From Paraspadella gotoi (taxonomy: Eukaryota; Animalia; Chaetognatha), in NCBI GenBank assembly GCA_051294375.1, contig CM119266.1, forward strand, positions 23,817,914-23,852,132: a DNA stretch of 34,219 nucleotides, given 5' to 3'. The notes beneath the pieces were generated by a model that did not search any database, was not told the DNA's origin, and saw only the letters and a program-made list of their open reading frames with translations. Both the position numbers and the translations under genes were made by a program. Below, piece by piece: positions 22,145 through 33,532 of this stretch. Within the stretch, counting starts at the first letter, position 1. The number at the start of each line of letters is the position of its first letter.

Positions 22145-24039
22145 TTCAGTTAAAAGACGTACGTTTAAAAAGATGCACCCAAAAATAGAACGACAACTTT
22201 GATAAAAATCGTGAGTCCAGAATTTTGTAAAGACCTGTGATAACGTTAATATTATTATTCTTAACCTTCATTCAAATGAGAGAGCTGGCCAATAGCATCG
22301 TTCGATCACGAATATTCCGTCCAATAGCGACGCAGATAAAAATCAACCGCGATGTTTGGAGATCAAAGATTCGCGATTGAAACAAAACCCGTAAATCGTC
22401 GGACGCCGTGACAGAACGAGACGCGGCGAAACAGAGACGAGGCTACCGGTTGTGACGTCAGAGTCGTGACGCTCAACCGAACACCGAATGGGATAAGAAA
22501 ACCGCGTGACTTAGTGGCTTTGACTTTGTGACCTGGTTGTCGTGACTCATTCGCTATTCAATGCCGCGATTTTTACAACTCGAACTGAATGTTCGAACGT
22601 CAAAGTTTATCAAAGACATAAGAATTACTAATTTAAAGTTTCTATTTGGTTGTATGTATTTTGTTTTGACAATTGTTGGGATTTTAAACACTTTGTGATA
22701 TCGTCAGCCTTATTTAAAAAAAAATATTTTACAGCAGGCTTGAAATTAAAAATAGTGAATTATAACGTGCGATTTACTCGTGACTAGAATCCATCACGGC
22801 TGGAGAATAACATCGACTGCGACATGAACAAATATGAAATAACAATCATAACATTTAACCATAAATCCACATCAAAGCCTGAAGTGACACGAAAGAAAAG
22901 TCAGGCTGCCAAAGTCGGTCTCGGACGGAAGGTTTGAGGCCGATTGAGAAGGACCTCTTTGCTTTCGGGTCTTTGACGTCCACGAAAGAAGAAGAAAAAA
23001 AATTAAATAGATAATTAGTCGCAGTCGCTTTTAGCAAAAGCGAGGAGGGGGGGGGGTAGGAAAGTTGGCTTGCGCAAGGAAGGTGAGAGTTGAGGCGTAG
23101 AGTTCGGCGGGGGGGAAGGCGGGCAGAGGAGCTGATCGTGTTTTGTTGCCCTCAATAAATTTATGCATTCTTTTTTTTCGGTCGTCGTCGTCGTCATAAG
23201 TCTCAGGTGAGGTTGAGCGTAGGGTAGTAACGGGCCGTTTTCCCCGGTTAAAAAGAAAAAAAATTTAAGAAAAATATTTGGATTTTTTTTTCCTTTTTTA
23301 TTCTGGGTATATTGATAGGAATTTGGCTATTTTTAAATGCTGCGGGTTTTTTAATAATCTGTCCATGTTCAGTGAGAGAAGCCTCCAAGCCGGTGCACGA
23401 CGAACGTAATCGTAAAGGCTCAACTTTAAATTTAATCTCGCTCGATTAATTACATTTTTGGTAGTGTCTCTTTAAGTTAATAATTTAAATTTGATGGTCC
23501 AAAAATATATCATTAAAATTTTTTTAATACATTGATGCTGTGGACGCAACAAGTTTAGAGTAACGCAATGATTTATTCTTCAACAACGTTTATAAACAAT
23601 AATCTAGTACCAAAATGCTCAGTGATGCCTAAGTCTATTACAATGGTAATTTACAAAGGTCAACGTTTACCATAAAGGTCAAACGGTTTTCGACCATATT
23701 AAATGCACCGTTTTGACCTAAATGCATTACGTTTATTTTGTTACACAGATTTCTATTATGTTTATTTTACTACACCTTGAATTTTCCAACTTTTTTCTTT
23801 TTCTTTCTGCGATACTTTCTTATACTTTTTTTTATGTTTTTTGTATACTTTCTTTTCCTTCCCTCTTCTTTTTGTATTTCACTCGCCAAAAGGGAAGAAC
23901 AAAAGAAAGAGTTCTCTAAATTCAAGGTTGAGTCGTCTTCTTAGCATAACGACGAGAAGTATTAGTGAGATCATGGTTAAAAAAAGGAAAAGAAAAGAGA
24001 GAGAGAGAGAGGAGAGGAGAAGAGAGAGAGAGAGAGAGA

Positions 24040-24077
<38 letters not shown>

Positions 24078-24995
24078 AGAGAGAGCGAGGAGAGAAAACG
24101 AGAATGATGAGAGATTCCTTTCCTTTTTCATATTTAATTTGATTTTCGCACATTTATTAAAGTAAGCGGGTCGAAAAATTAAAGATTCAACAGCGGTAAA
24201 ACTTTTATTTTAGGCAAACAAATTTAAAAAACTCACGTAGTTAAATGACGCAATGATAGGGTCAGGACATCTTGGGGGTTTTTTTTTTTTTATTCCCCCG
24301 TTTGTAAGATCGGAACGGGCGTTGGGTTCGTTTAAAGAGACGCGGACTCTTGTTGGGTTTCCGCGCTTTTAGAAATAAGTGAAGCTTCAACTTTGGCGCG
24401 AGATTCGTGGTGTAGCTGGGTGGGCGCGGTGGTGCATGGGTGGGATAATGAGAGGCTCTAAAAAACTCATTTAACAATTCCACTCGATATTCTCTCTCTC
24501 TTCTACTCTCTCTCTCTCTCTCTCCCTCTCTCTCTCTCTCATCGTCTCTATCTCTTCTCACTCTCTCTCTCTCTGTCTCTCGTTCAATTTCTCCTTTTTC
24601 TTTTTTTTTCTCGTTCTAAATCGTATTTAATGAAAGAAAAGATAAAAAAATTATCCCGTTGTTTTTCGAGAGGATAATATTATGCTTCGATTTAAGTAGA
24701 AATTTTTCTAACTCGAAAAAATTATAATAATTCATTCGTTTAAAACGTCGGATGCTTTTAAACCTTCTCATCCTTTTTCTTCTTCTCTGCTTCCTCTTAT
24801 CTGCGCTGTCACTCAACGCCGTGTCTCTCTCTCTCTTCGCTCATCTCTCTCTCTCTCTCTCTCTCTCCGTCATCTTCGTCTCTTCTCTCTCTCTCTCGCT
24901 CTCCTCTCTTGTCTCTCTTTCTCTACCTCCTCGTCTTTCTCTCTTTCTCTCTTGATACTCATCTGTATCTCTCTCTCCTCTCTCTCTCGCCTACA
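22145..24995 (+). repeat. Block B copy 2; probable gap-filling artefact
   Basis: Flanked on both sides by exactly 25 Ns (22120-22144, 24996-25020); ends on the same bases (TCGCCTACA) as copy 1. Confidence 0.95.
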
Positions 24996-25020
24996 NNNNN
25001 NNNNNNNNNNNNNNNNNNNN

Positions 25021-25085
25021 AACGTTTGACCATAAAGGTCAACGTTTTGACCATAAATGCACGTTTTGACCATAAATGCACGTTT
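25021..25085. repeat. 19-20 bp minisatellite ACGTTT(T)GACCATAAA(GGTCA/TGC), ~3.3 units
   Basis: AACGTTTGACCATAAAGGTC / AACGTTTTGACCATAAATGC / ACGTTTTGACCATAAATGC / ACGTTT; noisier versions at ~20778-20858 and ~23654-23734. Confidence 0.9.
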
Positions 25086-25919
25086 ATTTTGTTACAGATT
25101 TCTATTTGTTTATTTTACTACCCCTTAATTTTCCAACTTTTTTCTTTTCTTTCTGTCTTTCTTTTCTTNNNNNNNNNNNNNNNNNNNNNNNNNNNNNNNN
25201 NNNNNNNNNNNNNNNNNNNNNNNNNNNNNNNNNNNNNNNNNNNNNNNNNNNNNNNNNNNNNNNNNNNNNNNNNNNNNNNNNNNNNNNNNNNNNNNNNNNN
25301 NNNNNNNNNNNNNNNNNNNNNNNNNNNNNNNNNNNNNNNNNNNNNNNNNNNNNNNNNNNNNNNNNNNNNNNNNNNNNNNNNNNNNNNNNNNNNNNNNNNN
25401 NNNNNNNNNNNNNNNNNNNNNNNNNNNNNNNNNNNNNNNNNNNNNNNNNNNNNNNNNNNNNNNNNNNNNNNNNNNNNNNNNNNNNNNNNNNNNNNNNNNN
25501 NNNNNNNNNNNNNNNNNNNNNNNNNNNNNNNNNNNNNNNNNNNNNNNNATTTGATTTCCACTTTTTAAGTAAGCGGTCGAAAAATTAAAGATTCAAAGCA
25601 GGTAAACTTTATTTTAGGCAACAAATTTAAACCGCGTAGTTAAATTGACGCAATGATTTAGGGTCAGGCATCTTGGGTTCGTTTGGTAAGTCGGGAACGG
25701 CGNNNNNNNNNNNNNNNNNNNNNNNNNNNNNNNNNNNNNNNNNNNNNNNNNNNNNNNNNNNNNNNNNNNNNNNNNNNNNNNNNNNNNNNNNNNNNNNNNN
25801 NNNNNNNNNNNNNNNNNNNNNNNNNNNNNNNNNNNNNNNNNNNNNNNNNNNNNNNNNNNNNNNNNNNNNNNNNNNNNNNNNNNNNNNNNNNNNNNNNNNN
25901 NNNNNNNNNNNNNNNNNNN

Positions 25920-25955
<36 letters not shown>

Positions 25956-26140
25956 CAATTTCTCCTTTTTCTTTTTTTTCTCGTTCTATCGGTTTTAATG
26001 AAAGAAAAGAAAAAAAATTATCCCGTTGTTTTCGGAGGGATAATTTATTGCTTCGATTTAAGTAAGAAATTTTTCTAACTCGAAAAATATAATAATTCAT
26101 TCGGTTAAACGTCGATGCTTTAACCTTCTCATCCTTTTCT
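25021..26140 (+). repeat. Block B partial third copy in three small gapped contigs
   Basis: 25021-25168 matches from ~20786 onward, 25549-25702 matches ~21260-21445, and 25920-26140 matches ~21680-21905. The N gaps fall on the AT-rich/GA and TC tracts of the other copies. Confidence 0.9.
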
Positions 26141-26586
26141 NNNNNNNNNNNNNNNNNNNNNNNNNNNNNNNNNNNNNNNNNNNNNNNNNNNNNNNNNNNN
26201 NNNNNNNNNNNNNNNNNNNNNNNNNNNNNNNNNNNNNNNNNNNNNNNNNNNNNNNNNNNNNNNNNNNNNNNNNNNNNNNNNNNNNNNNNNNNNNNNNNNN
26301 NNNNNNNNNNNNNNNNNNNNNNNNNNNNNNNNNNNNNNTTTTTTTTTCATCCGAGGGAAGCGTCGACGAAAACGACGACGAAAGCTCCGACGACCACAAA
26401 GACGACGAACTCGCAGCGTCGCTTCGACCGACGACGAAGACGACGACGAGGACGACGACGAGCGGGGAGAGACCGTAAAGACGACGATACTTGCTCCCTT
26501 GTGGGTCGCTCAGATAAATTGAGATTTAGATTAGCGATTTCACCCTCCTCTATGAAGTTTTTTTGTTTAACTCACTGGCGATTAAC

Positions 26587-26690
<104 letters not shown>

Positions 26691-27539
26691 TTGATTTAAA
26701 TAAAAAAAGTTTCGGTCTTATTTTGTAGCCCTTTTTTAAAAAGGTCGTAAAACTAAACACGCGGTCGAGCACACGAAGGGTAACACCCACTACACCCCTC
26801 TCGCCACCACCGGCACCACCTCTCCCCCCACCTTTTCCCAACCAGACCCTACTTTTTAACGCTAGGGCTGGATTTGAATAAAGTGACTTAAGGCAGAGGA
26901 GATCGTAAAATTAGTTAACAACCAGGCTGTGAAAAGAAAGGGGTGGAGGGTAANNNNNNNNNNNNNNNNNNNNNNNNNGTCTTAACTTTCCCTCTACAAT
27001 CTCTTCTGCTCTCTCTCTCTCTCTCTCCTTGCTTCTCTTCTCTCTCTCTCTCTCTTCTCTCTCTCTTCTCTCTCTCTCTCTGCTCTTCTTCTCGTCTCTT
27101 CTCTTCGGCTCTTCCTCTTTTCGGTCTGGCTTCGTCCGATATCTTTCTGGCATTTCTCCCTCGTCCCTCTGGCCGCTCCTCCTGTCGCCGTCAGTTTTCC
27201 GGTTCGTCTTCTCTTTTCTGTGTTGTTTTTTTGTTTTTTGTTGGTTTGTTGCTGTTGTGTTGGTGGGCTTCCCTTGGCTTTTCTATTTTCTGGTGGGTGC
27301 ATCTCTCGTTGGGGACTCTTTTTTTTTTCGTGCTGGGGGTAGTTTGGGTGGGGGGGTGCGGGGGTGGGGGCGTGTCTGGGGCGGTGTTTTTCGTGGTTCT
27401 GCTTGCTTGTCTTTTGCTTTTCTCTCTGCTCTTTCCCCCGCCCTCCCCCCTGCACCCGCCCTACCGCCTCCCCCAGGCGGAGGGAAGGAGAGAGAGAGAA
27501 GGAACGAGAGAGAGTAGCGAGAAGAGAGAGAGAGCGAGT

Positions 27540-27574
<35 letters not shown>

Positions 27575-27985
27575 CAGCAGACGAAAGAGAGAGAGTAGAG
27601 AGAGAGAGAGAGAAGAAAAGAGAAAAGGAGCTCATCACTCATACGGAATTGCGATTCAATTCTCATGCCTAAATGTCTTGGTTGATTAGTCGAGATGATG
27701 AACGGTCGTCGGGTGTGTCGGAGAAGTATTTTAAGTCGGTCATAACGGACGGCACTGCTCTTTCTTGGTCTTTTATGAGGTTTCTTCTCCATGAGCCAAG
27801 TTGATTCTCCTTCCTCTACTCTCTCTCTCTCTCAGCATCTTCTCTCCCTCCTCCCTCATCCTCGTCTCCTCTCCATCCCTCTCCTCTGCTCTCTCCGTCT
27901 GCGTCTCCGCTTTCCTCGGCGCTCTCTGCCTCTCTCTGTCTGTAAGAAAGAGTGTCAGCCAGGCTTTCGGCGTCATCGCCGCCTC

Positions 27986-27999
27986 GTTACCATGGCAAC
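27986..27999. promoter_or_regulatory. RFX X-box
   Basis: GTTACCATGGCAAC matches the RFX/DAF-19 consensus GTHNYY-AT-RRNAAC at every position; near-perfect palindrome (CGTTACCATGGCAACG). Confidence 0.65.
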
Positions 28000-29890
28000 G
28001 ACGTCGGCTGCGCGCGCCCCCGGAAGAGTCGGTCTCCGGTCTCGAAAAAAAAAGGGGGTAATCCCCGGCTGTAATCCCCTCCGGCTTAGATCATCCGCCT
28101 GCGCTCACCGGGATGTAATATTTGCGGTGATCGTTCACCGGATGTAACCGCCACGCCCACATCCGCCGCTCGAAAGAAGAGAGAAAGTTATGAGACAAAC
28201 GATGACGCTTTTTAGTTCTTTTGTCACTGAGAGTTTTACTACGAGACGATAATCGTGTACTCGCGCTCTCCAAGAGGTAATAGCTTTTTCCGAGTCTTTT
28301 TTCTTATTTCAAAAGGGAGTAATAAGAAAAGTTTACCTTATCACTACGAGGGGCTTTATCGTACACTTAATGACATTTTATCATTTGTCTCCGTCGAAAT
28401 GTTGCACTGTGGATCGTAGCTTCGTTTTTATGAGGCTTTTCTACAATTGACCTTAGACCTTACTTTGCTTTGGAACGTGTTTACGAGGCGCTCACTTTTA
28501 TCAAACAAAACGTAGTTACGGTAAACGTAGTTACGCTTCTCCACGACCGAGGGATTCTTTGTTTTACGGGAGTCAAAAACCTCTTTAAGATGCCAAAGGG
28601 TTTGCAAAGATGCATTTACTTACAGTCATTACTGACATGAAAATATTTAAAAATCTCACAAACTTTCTGATCCAATCCTAAATATATAATTTCCCACTTT
28701 TTAGTTAAATTTAAATCGACATACATTATTTTAAATATTTATTTTAATTGGAGCTTTCTTATTTTTTTAAAAGAAACTCGTTTGAGTCTTTTTACCTTTC
28801 ATCCCTTCTGTTGTTTCTTTGTTTGTTTGGATGAAGACACCGCGGGCGAGTAGAGACGCGGAGACAAAAAAGGCCGTTTGAGATGAGATGAAAAGAGAAG
28901 TGAAAGAAAAAAGACAGGGATGATTGAAGACAAGAATATAAGAAACGTATCACAATGCAGAGATAATAATGAACGCGGTAAAAATGGGCAAACTCTGGAA
29001 CCATTTTGTCGAGAAGTCAGTATTGAAACGAAAAAAAGACTTGGAACAGTAATGACACAGATCAGCAAATTTCAATCGGACGACCAAAGAACAGAAAAAC
29101 TACTCTTGTTCCAAGTTCTTTGCAGTTGATCTCGTGTATGACAGAAATTCATCCGTGATGAGAAACCGTTTTACTCTGACTCTGTTGTCGCGCTCCATTT
29201 GTCTAGACTCCTCCAAAATTCCCATTGATGGTTTGAGAGAGAGCACAAAACGTATTCTGTATAATATAATTCTGTTACGGGTGTTATTATTATACATAAC
29301 TATACTGATATTACTCTTCTTTAGTCCCACACTCCCTTGAAACTTTGGTTTACCTCGGCTCCTTTTTGATTTTCTTCTGCTCTTACATCTATTATTTTTT
29401 CCTTCCTTTTCTCTTTCCCTCCTTACTTTTCTTTTCTTTGATTAAAAGAAATGAAACCTGGGAAAAAGAGAACCTCTATTGGTTTTTTTTTCTTTCTTTT
29501 TGGAGGCAGAGGGGTGAGGGAAAGTGGAGAGAAAAGATAGACGTAAGAGGAAGTGGGGAGAAAGTGATTTAACTCATTGTGTTAAAATAGTTTCGATTGA
29601 CTTCGATTGGAAGATCCCGAGAAAATAAGGGAATCTGGGTTTTATTTAGTTGATAGAATTTGGTNNNNNNNNNNNNNNNNNNNNNNNNNNNNNNNNNNNN
29701 NNNNNNNNNNNNNNNNNNNNNNNNNNNNNNNNNNNNNNNNNNNNNNNNNNNNNNNNNNNNNNNNNNNNNNNNNNNNNNNNNNNNNNNNNTGGGCGGACTT
29801 TGTACGAGACGCCGACTCAGAAATCTCGCACGCGATCCGGATGTATAAATGTCAATTTCGGCCCCGCCCTTTTTCTGCCCGGCCCCGGCC

Positions 29891-30196
29891 ATGTCGAAGG
29901 CTCTTTGCCAAAATTCGCCCATCTCGCTCACCCTTTGGACCCTTTTAGGTTTCTTGCCAATTATTTTGTTCCATCGTCTCTCCCACCACTACCATAACCC
30001 CTCACCACCGCCTCCTCCGATTTTCTTTGACCCATATTTTTCCGTCGCGATGATGAACAACTTTCTCCGACGCCATTACCCGTCAAATTTTATCTCAAAC
30101 CCTCATGACCTCTTTCCCTCCTTCCATAATTTTACTCTTTGGGCCTCGAACCTTTTTCGACCACCCTACCACCACCCTACAACAACTCCAACCTAA
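29891..30196 (+). CDS. Weak candidate small ORF (101 aa) with N-terminal hydrophobic segment; no recognisable homology
   Basis: GCCATG start, upstream TATAAAT (29844) and GC boxes (29791, 29862); protein begins MSKALCQNSPISLTLWTLLGFLPIILF. A pyrimidine-rich strand makes chance ORFs likely. Confidence 0.12.
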   Translation: MSKALCQNSPISLTLWTLLGFLPIILFHRLSHHYHNPSPPPPPIFFDPYFSVAMMNNFLRRHYPSNFISNPHDLFPSFHNFTLWASNLFRPPYHHPTTTPT

Positions 30197-30681
30197 AACC
30201 CCCCAAGACGTAACCCCCCTAAGAGCGATAATTCGATTTTTCTGTTTGGCTTCAATTTCTTCGGCCCCGGGATTTGATGAAAGCCTTTTTCTCTCTTTGN
30301 NNNNNNNNNNNNNNNNNNNNNNNNNNNNNNNNNNNNNNNNNNNNNNNNNNNNNNNNNNNNNNNNNNNNNNNNNNNNNNNNNNNNNNNNNNNNNNNNNNNN
30401 NNNNNNNNNNNNNNNNNNNNNNNNNNNNNNNNNNNNNNNNNNNNNNNNNNNNNNNNNNNNNNNNNNNNNNNNNNNNNNNTAATTTTTCCGATCGATGGTC
30501 GTTTTAGTTTCATGAAAGAGATTCTTGTGTTCGTCCGATCGTTGTTTATTATGTTTTGCTGATTGTCTCATGTTTCGTGCGACTATAAATCTTAAATCGG
30601 TTCTTTTTCGTCGTTATTCTTTCTTTTTTGCTTGCTTTCTTTCTTGCTTGCTTGCTAGCTTGCTTGCTTACTTTCTTTCTC

Positions 30682-30682
<1 letters not shown>

Positions 30683-30749
<67 letters not shown>

Positions 30750-30750
30750 T
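30683..30750. repeat. (CTTT)17 tetranucleotide microsatellite, preceded by (CTTG)n units
   Basis: Seventeen CTTT units read directly. Confidence 0.95.
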
Positions 30751-31364
30751 TTTTCTTTCTTTCCGCTTTATTTTTTCTTTCTTTCTTATTAATTTCTTTT
30801 CGCTTTAATTTTTCATTCTTTCTTTCTTNNNNNNNNNNNNNNNNNNNNNNNNNNNNNNNNNNNNNNNNNNNNNNNNNNNNNNNNNNNNNNNNNNNNNNNN
30901 NNNNNNNNNNNNNNNNNNNNNNNNNNNNNNNNNNNNNNNNNNNNNNNNNNNNNNNNNNNNNNNNNNNNNNNNNNNNNNNNNNNNNNNNNNNNNNNNNNNN
31001 NNNNNNNNNNNNNNNNNNNNNNNNNNNNNNNNNNNNNNNNNNNNNNNNNNNNNNNNNNNNNNNNNNNNNNNNNNNNNNNNNNNNNNNNNNNNNNNNNNNN
31101 NNNNNNNNNNNNNNNNNNNNNNNNNNNNNNNNNNNNNNNNNNNNNNNNNNNNNNNNNNNNNNNNNTAATATTTTTAATAGTTATATTTTTTATATTCTAG
31201 GCGATTTTGACGCTGTTTTGACGATGTTTTACGGATTTCAACTATAAAACGTTCCCCCCCTCAAAAAAAAAACTTGAACTTTCGTTTTCTGGTTTTAAAA
31301 TCTTCTCTATTCCTTTCGACTTTATTCTTTGCACGGTTGAAGCAACGCCGCGGGGGAAAATTTG

Positions 31365-31392
31365 GTTGCCATGGGAACGTTTTCATGGTTAC
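31365..31392. promoter_or_regulatory. Two abutting RFX X-boxes
   Basis: GTTGCCATGGGAAC (31365-31378) matches GTHNYY-AT-RRNAAC on +. GTTTTCATGGTTAC (31379-31392) reads GTAACCATGAAAAC on - and also matches. Confidence 0.65.
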
Positions 31393-32032
31393 GACAACCA
31401 TAAGATTATTGTTTAAGTGGCTATCCGGGAGATTTTAGCGCCCTCGTAACTGTCGTCGTCGTCGTCTTGAGATACTCGGACAGTTAGAGCTCATCGAGCT
31501 CGATCTTTCTCTCTTTAAATTAGTCAAAGGAATCGAAATAGTTTTTTTTTTCATTTTGGTTTTAATCCAAGAAAGGCGTACGCATCGACTTCCCCCAGAC
31601 ATTATCAATCGTCGATTCGTCGTCGTTTTCGTCGTCGTCGACGTCATCGTCGTCGTCATCGCCGTTGTGGTATTCTAAAGATTCAGTTCGTTGCACTTCA
31701 TCGCTTAATGGCGACCATAAATCGGAACCGTAAAACCTCCTCCTTTTCCTTTTTCCCCCTTTTTTCTTTTTCCTTTTTTTTTCTTTCCTCCTCTTTTTCC
31801 TTCCTTCGACATCGATAGGAAAAAAAATGATAAGGGGAAAATAGAAAAGAAAGGGTAAGCGAGAATTCTTTGACTTTTGGGTGAGGAAGGGTAATAAACG
31901 TTTTTTTTAAAGATTCGTTTCCGGAAGAAAGAAAGAGGGAAAAAAAGCGATAGAAAAGAGAGAATAATAAAAAGAAAGCCTTTGCTTTTTATTTTGGGTT
32001 TTCATTGGAGGAATTCGGGATTTATACTATTA

Positions 32033-32043
32033 AAAATGGCGGC
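32033..32043 (+). promoter_or_regulatory. YY1/Pleiohomeotic-type motif
   Basis: AAAATGGCGGC matches the AANATGGCGGC consensus; a second GCCATTTT core lies at ~32296. Confidence 0.35.
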
Positions 32044-32159
32044 TTTCTTCTTCCGCGCCGCGTGTGTACACGGCTCTATTGTGGGATGATTTATCGCGGG
32101 TTTTAATTCGGCGACTTTTATGGATTCGAAGACGAGAAGGGAAAGGAGAAGGACCCGGA

Positions 32160-32207
32160 GGGAAGGGGATTGGGGATGGGGGATTGGAGATGGGAATGGG
32201 GGATGGG
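32160..32207 (+). other. Potential G-quadruplex in a degenerate (GGGGAT)n repeat
   Basis: GGGAAGGGGATTGGGGATGGGGGATTGGAGATGGGAATGGGGGATGGG has seven tracts of 3 or more G, mostly with 2-3 nt loops. Confidence 0.6.
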
Positions 32208-33482
32208 TTTGATGGAGGAGGTGGCGCGATCGAAACCCGGAACCGGTAAGATATTTTGTCTCCATTTGAGCGCGAGATCGTCGCTACTTGTGCGTGCCAT
32301 TTTTATCGAAGCGTCAAACAAGAATCGTCGCCTCACCCAAACATTCCTTCTCGTCTCCACGCCCCTTTATCGCGTTGCCGACGCCTCTGCGGTTTCGCGA
32401 GGTGTCGTAACTGTCCTGGACGAGCAACGTGGCCAAAAGAAGGGACAGGAGACGGTTACGTCGGGGGGGACGGTGACGACAACGATGGAGACGCCTGTGA
32501 TGACATTGAGCGATGAAAGCGACGAACGAGAATGACGCTGTTTTTTGACTCGTCGGCAGAAAAGACTTTTCTGATTTCGAAAATCAGAAAAGAGGGTCTT
32601 TATTTAATTTAGGCTACCTTAAGTATTTTGATGTACCATGGAACAACGAGGATTCTAATTTTCCCAACGGTGCCATTTTTAGGCCGATTTCGCACGTCGT
32701 AAATACGTACATAGTCCGTGCGATATCAGGTCTTTGAATGTTCGAAATGGGAAAAAAGAATCTTTTAGCTTTTGACTGACATTCATGATCCATTCAAACA
32801 TAATAGAAGAGATAGAAAGAAAGCAAAAAATAAGGAAAGAAAGAAAAAAGGAAAAAAAATTCCGTCCTTTCAGCGTTTTTTCTCTTTCGCCTTCGTTATA
32901 TTCACAACTTTTTCCAATTCTTTCTCCCTTTTTCAAAAAAGTTTTGACATTTAATGCGCGGAAAATATAATTTGTGACTCAAAAGAGAGAGAAAAAAACG
33001 GTTTTCGACCTGAAAATGGTTTCTTTNNNNNNNNNNNNNNNNNNNNNNNNNNNNNNNNNNNNNNNNNNNNNNNNNNNNNNNNNNNNNNNNNNNNNNNNNN
33101 NNNNNNNNNNNNNNNNNNNNNNNNNNNNNNNNNNNNNNNNNNNNNNNNNNNNNNNNNNNNNNNNNNNNNNNNNNNNNNNNNNNNNNNNNNNNNNNNNNNN
33201 NNNNNNNNNNNNNNNNNNNNNNNNNNNNNNNNNNNNAAAATACAATTTTCTATAATTTTCCATTTCTTATTTTAAAAAGGTTATTTAACGTTCAGTTTTT
33301 TAAAACTTAAATCGTATATATATTAACACATTCCACAGAAATATTAATGGTAATTCCCATTAACTTTGAGAAATAAATCACTTTTGTTCAGAGGAGGTGA
33401 GATTGAGAGAAAGAAAGGCTGAGACGACTTAATACATTTAGCAACGAAAAAAAGGTAATTGTCCGTGTAACTATATAAGCGA

Positions 33483-33484
<2 letters not shown>

Positions 33485-33530
<46 letters not shown>
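33485..33530. repeat. (CT)23 microsatellite
   Basis: 46 bp of uninterrupted CT. Confidence 0.95.

Positions 33531-33532
<2 letters not shown>

Noticed and set aside
26341-26490. Acidic reading frame SSEGSVDENDDESSDDHKDDE
   Set aside because: Arises from a degenerate (GAC)n repeat, shifts to a Thr-rich register, and stops; similar GAC/GTC tracts occur at ~5362, ~20305 and ~31620 in non-coding context.
27205-27430. Almost adenine-free G/T-rich stretch giving a long hydrophobic ORF
   Set aside because: Lies just after a 25-N junction and looks like low-quality raw-read sequence; the ORF exists because stop codons require A.
28105-28147. TCACCGGG resembling the miR-35/36 family seed
   Set aside because: Only 6-bp stems form, too short for a pre-miRNA; better explained as duplicated ETS-like sites.
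28969-29052. Peptide MNAVKMGKLWNHFVEK resembling the start of a hAT BED zinc finger
   Set aside because: No following CxxC or His pair, an early stop, and no terminal inverted repeats or other transposase fragments seen.
32633-32644. GTACCATGGAAC as a fourth X-box
   Set aside because: Each half is one base short of the consensus, so it was not counted.
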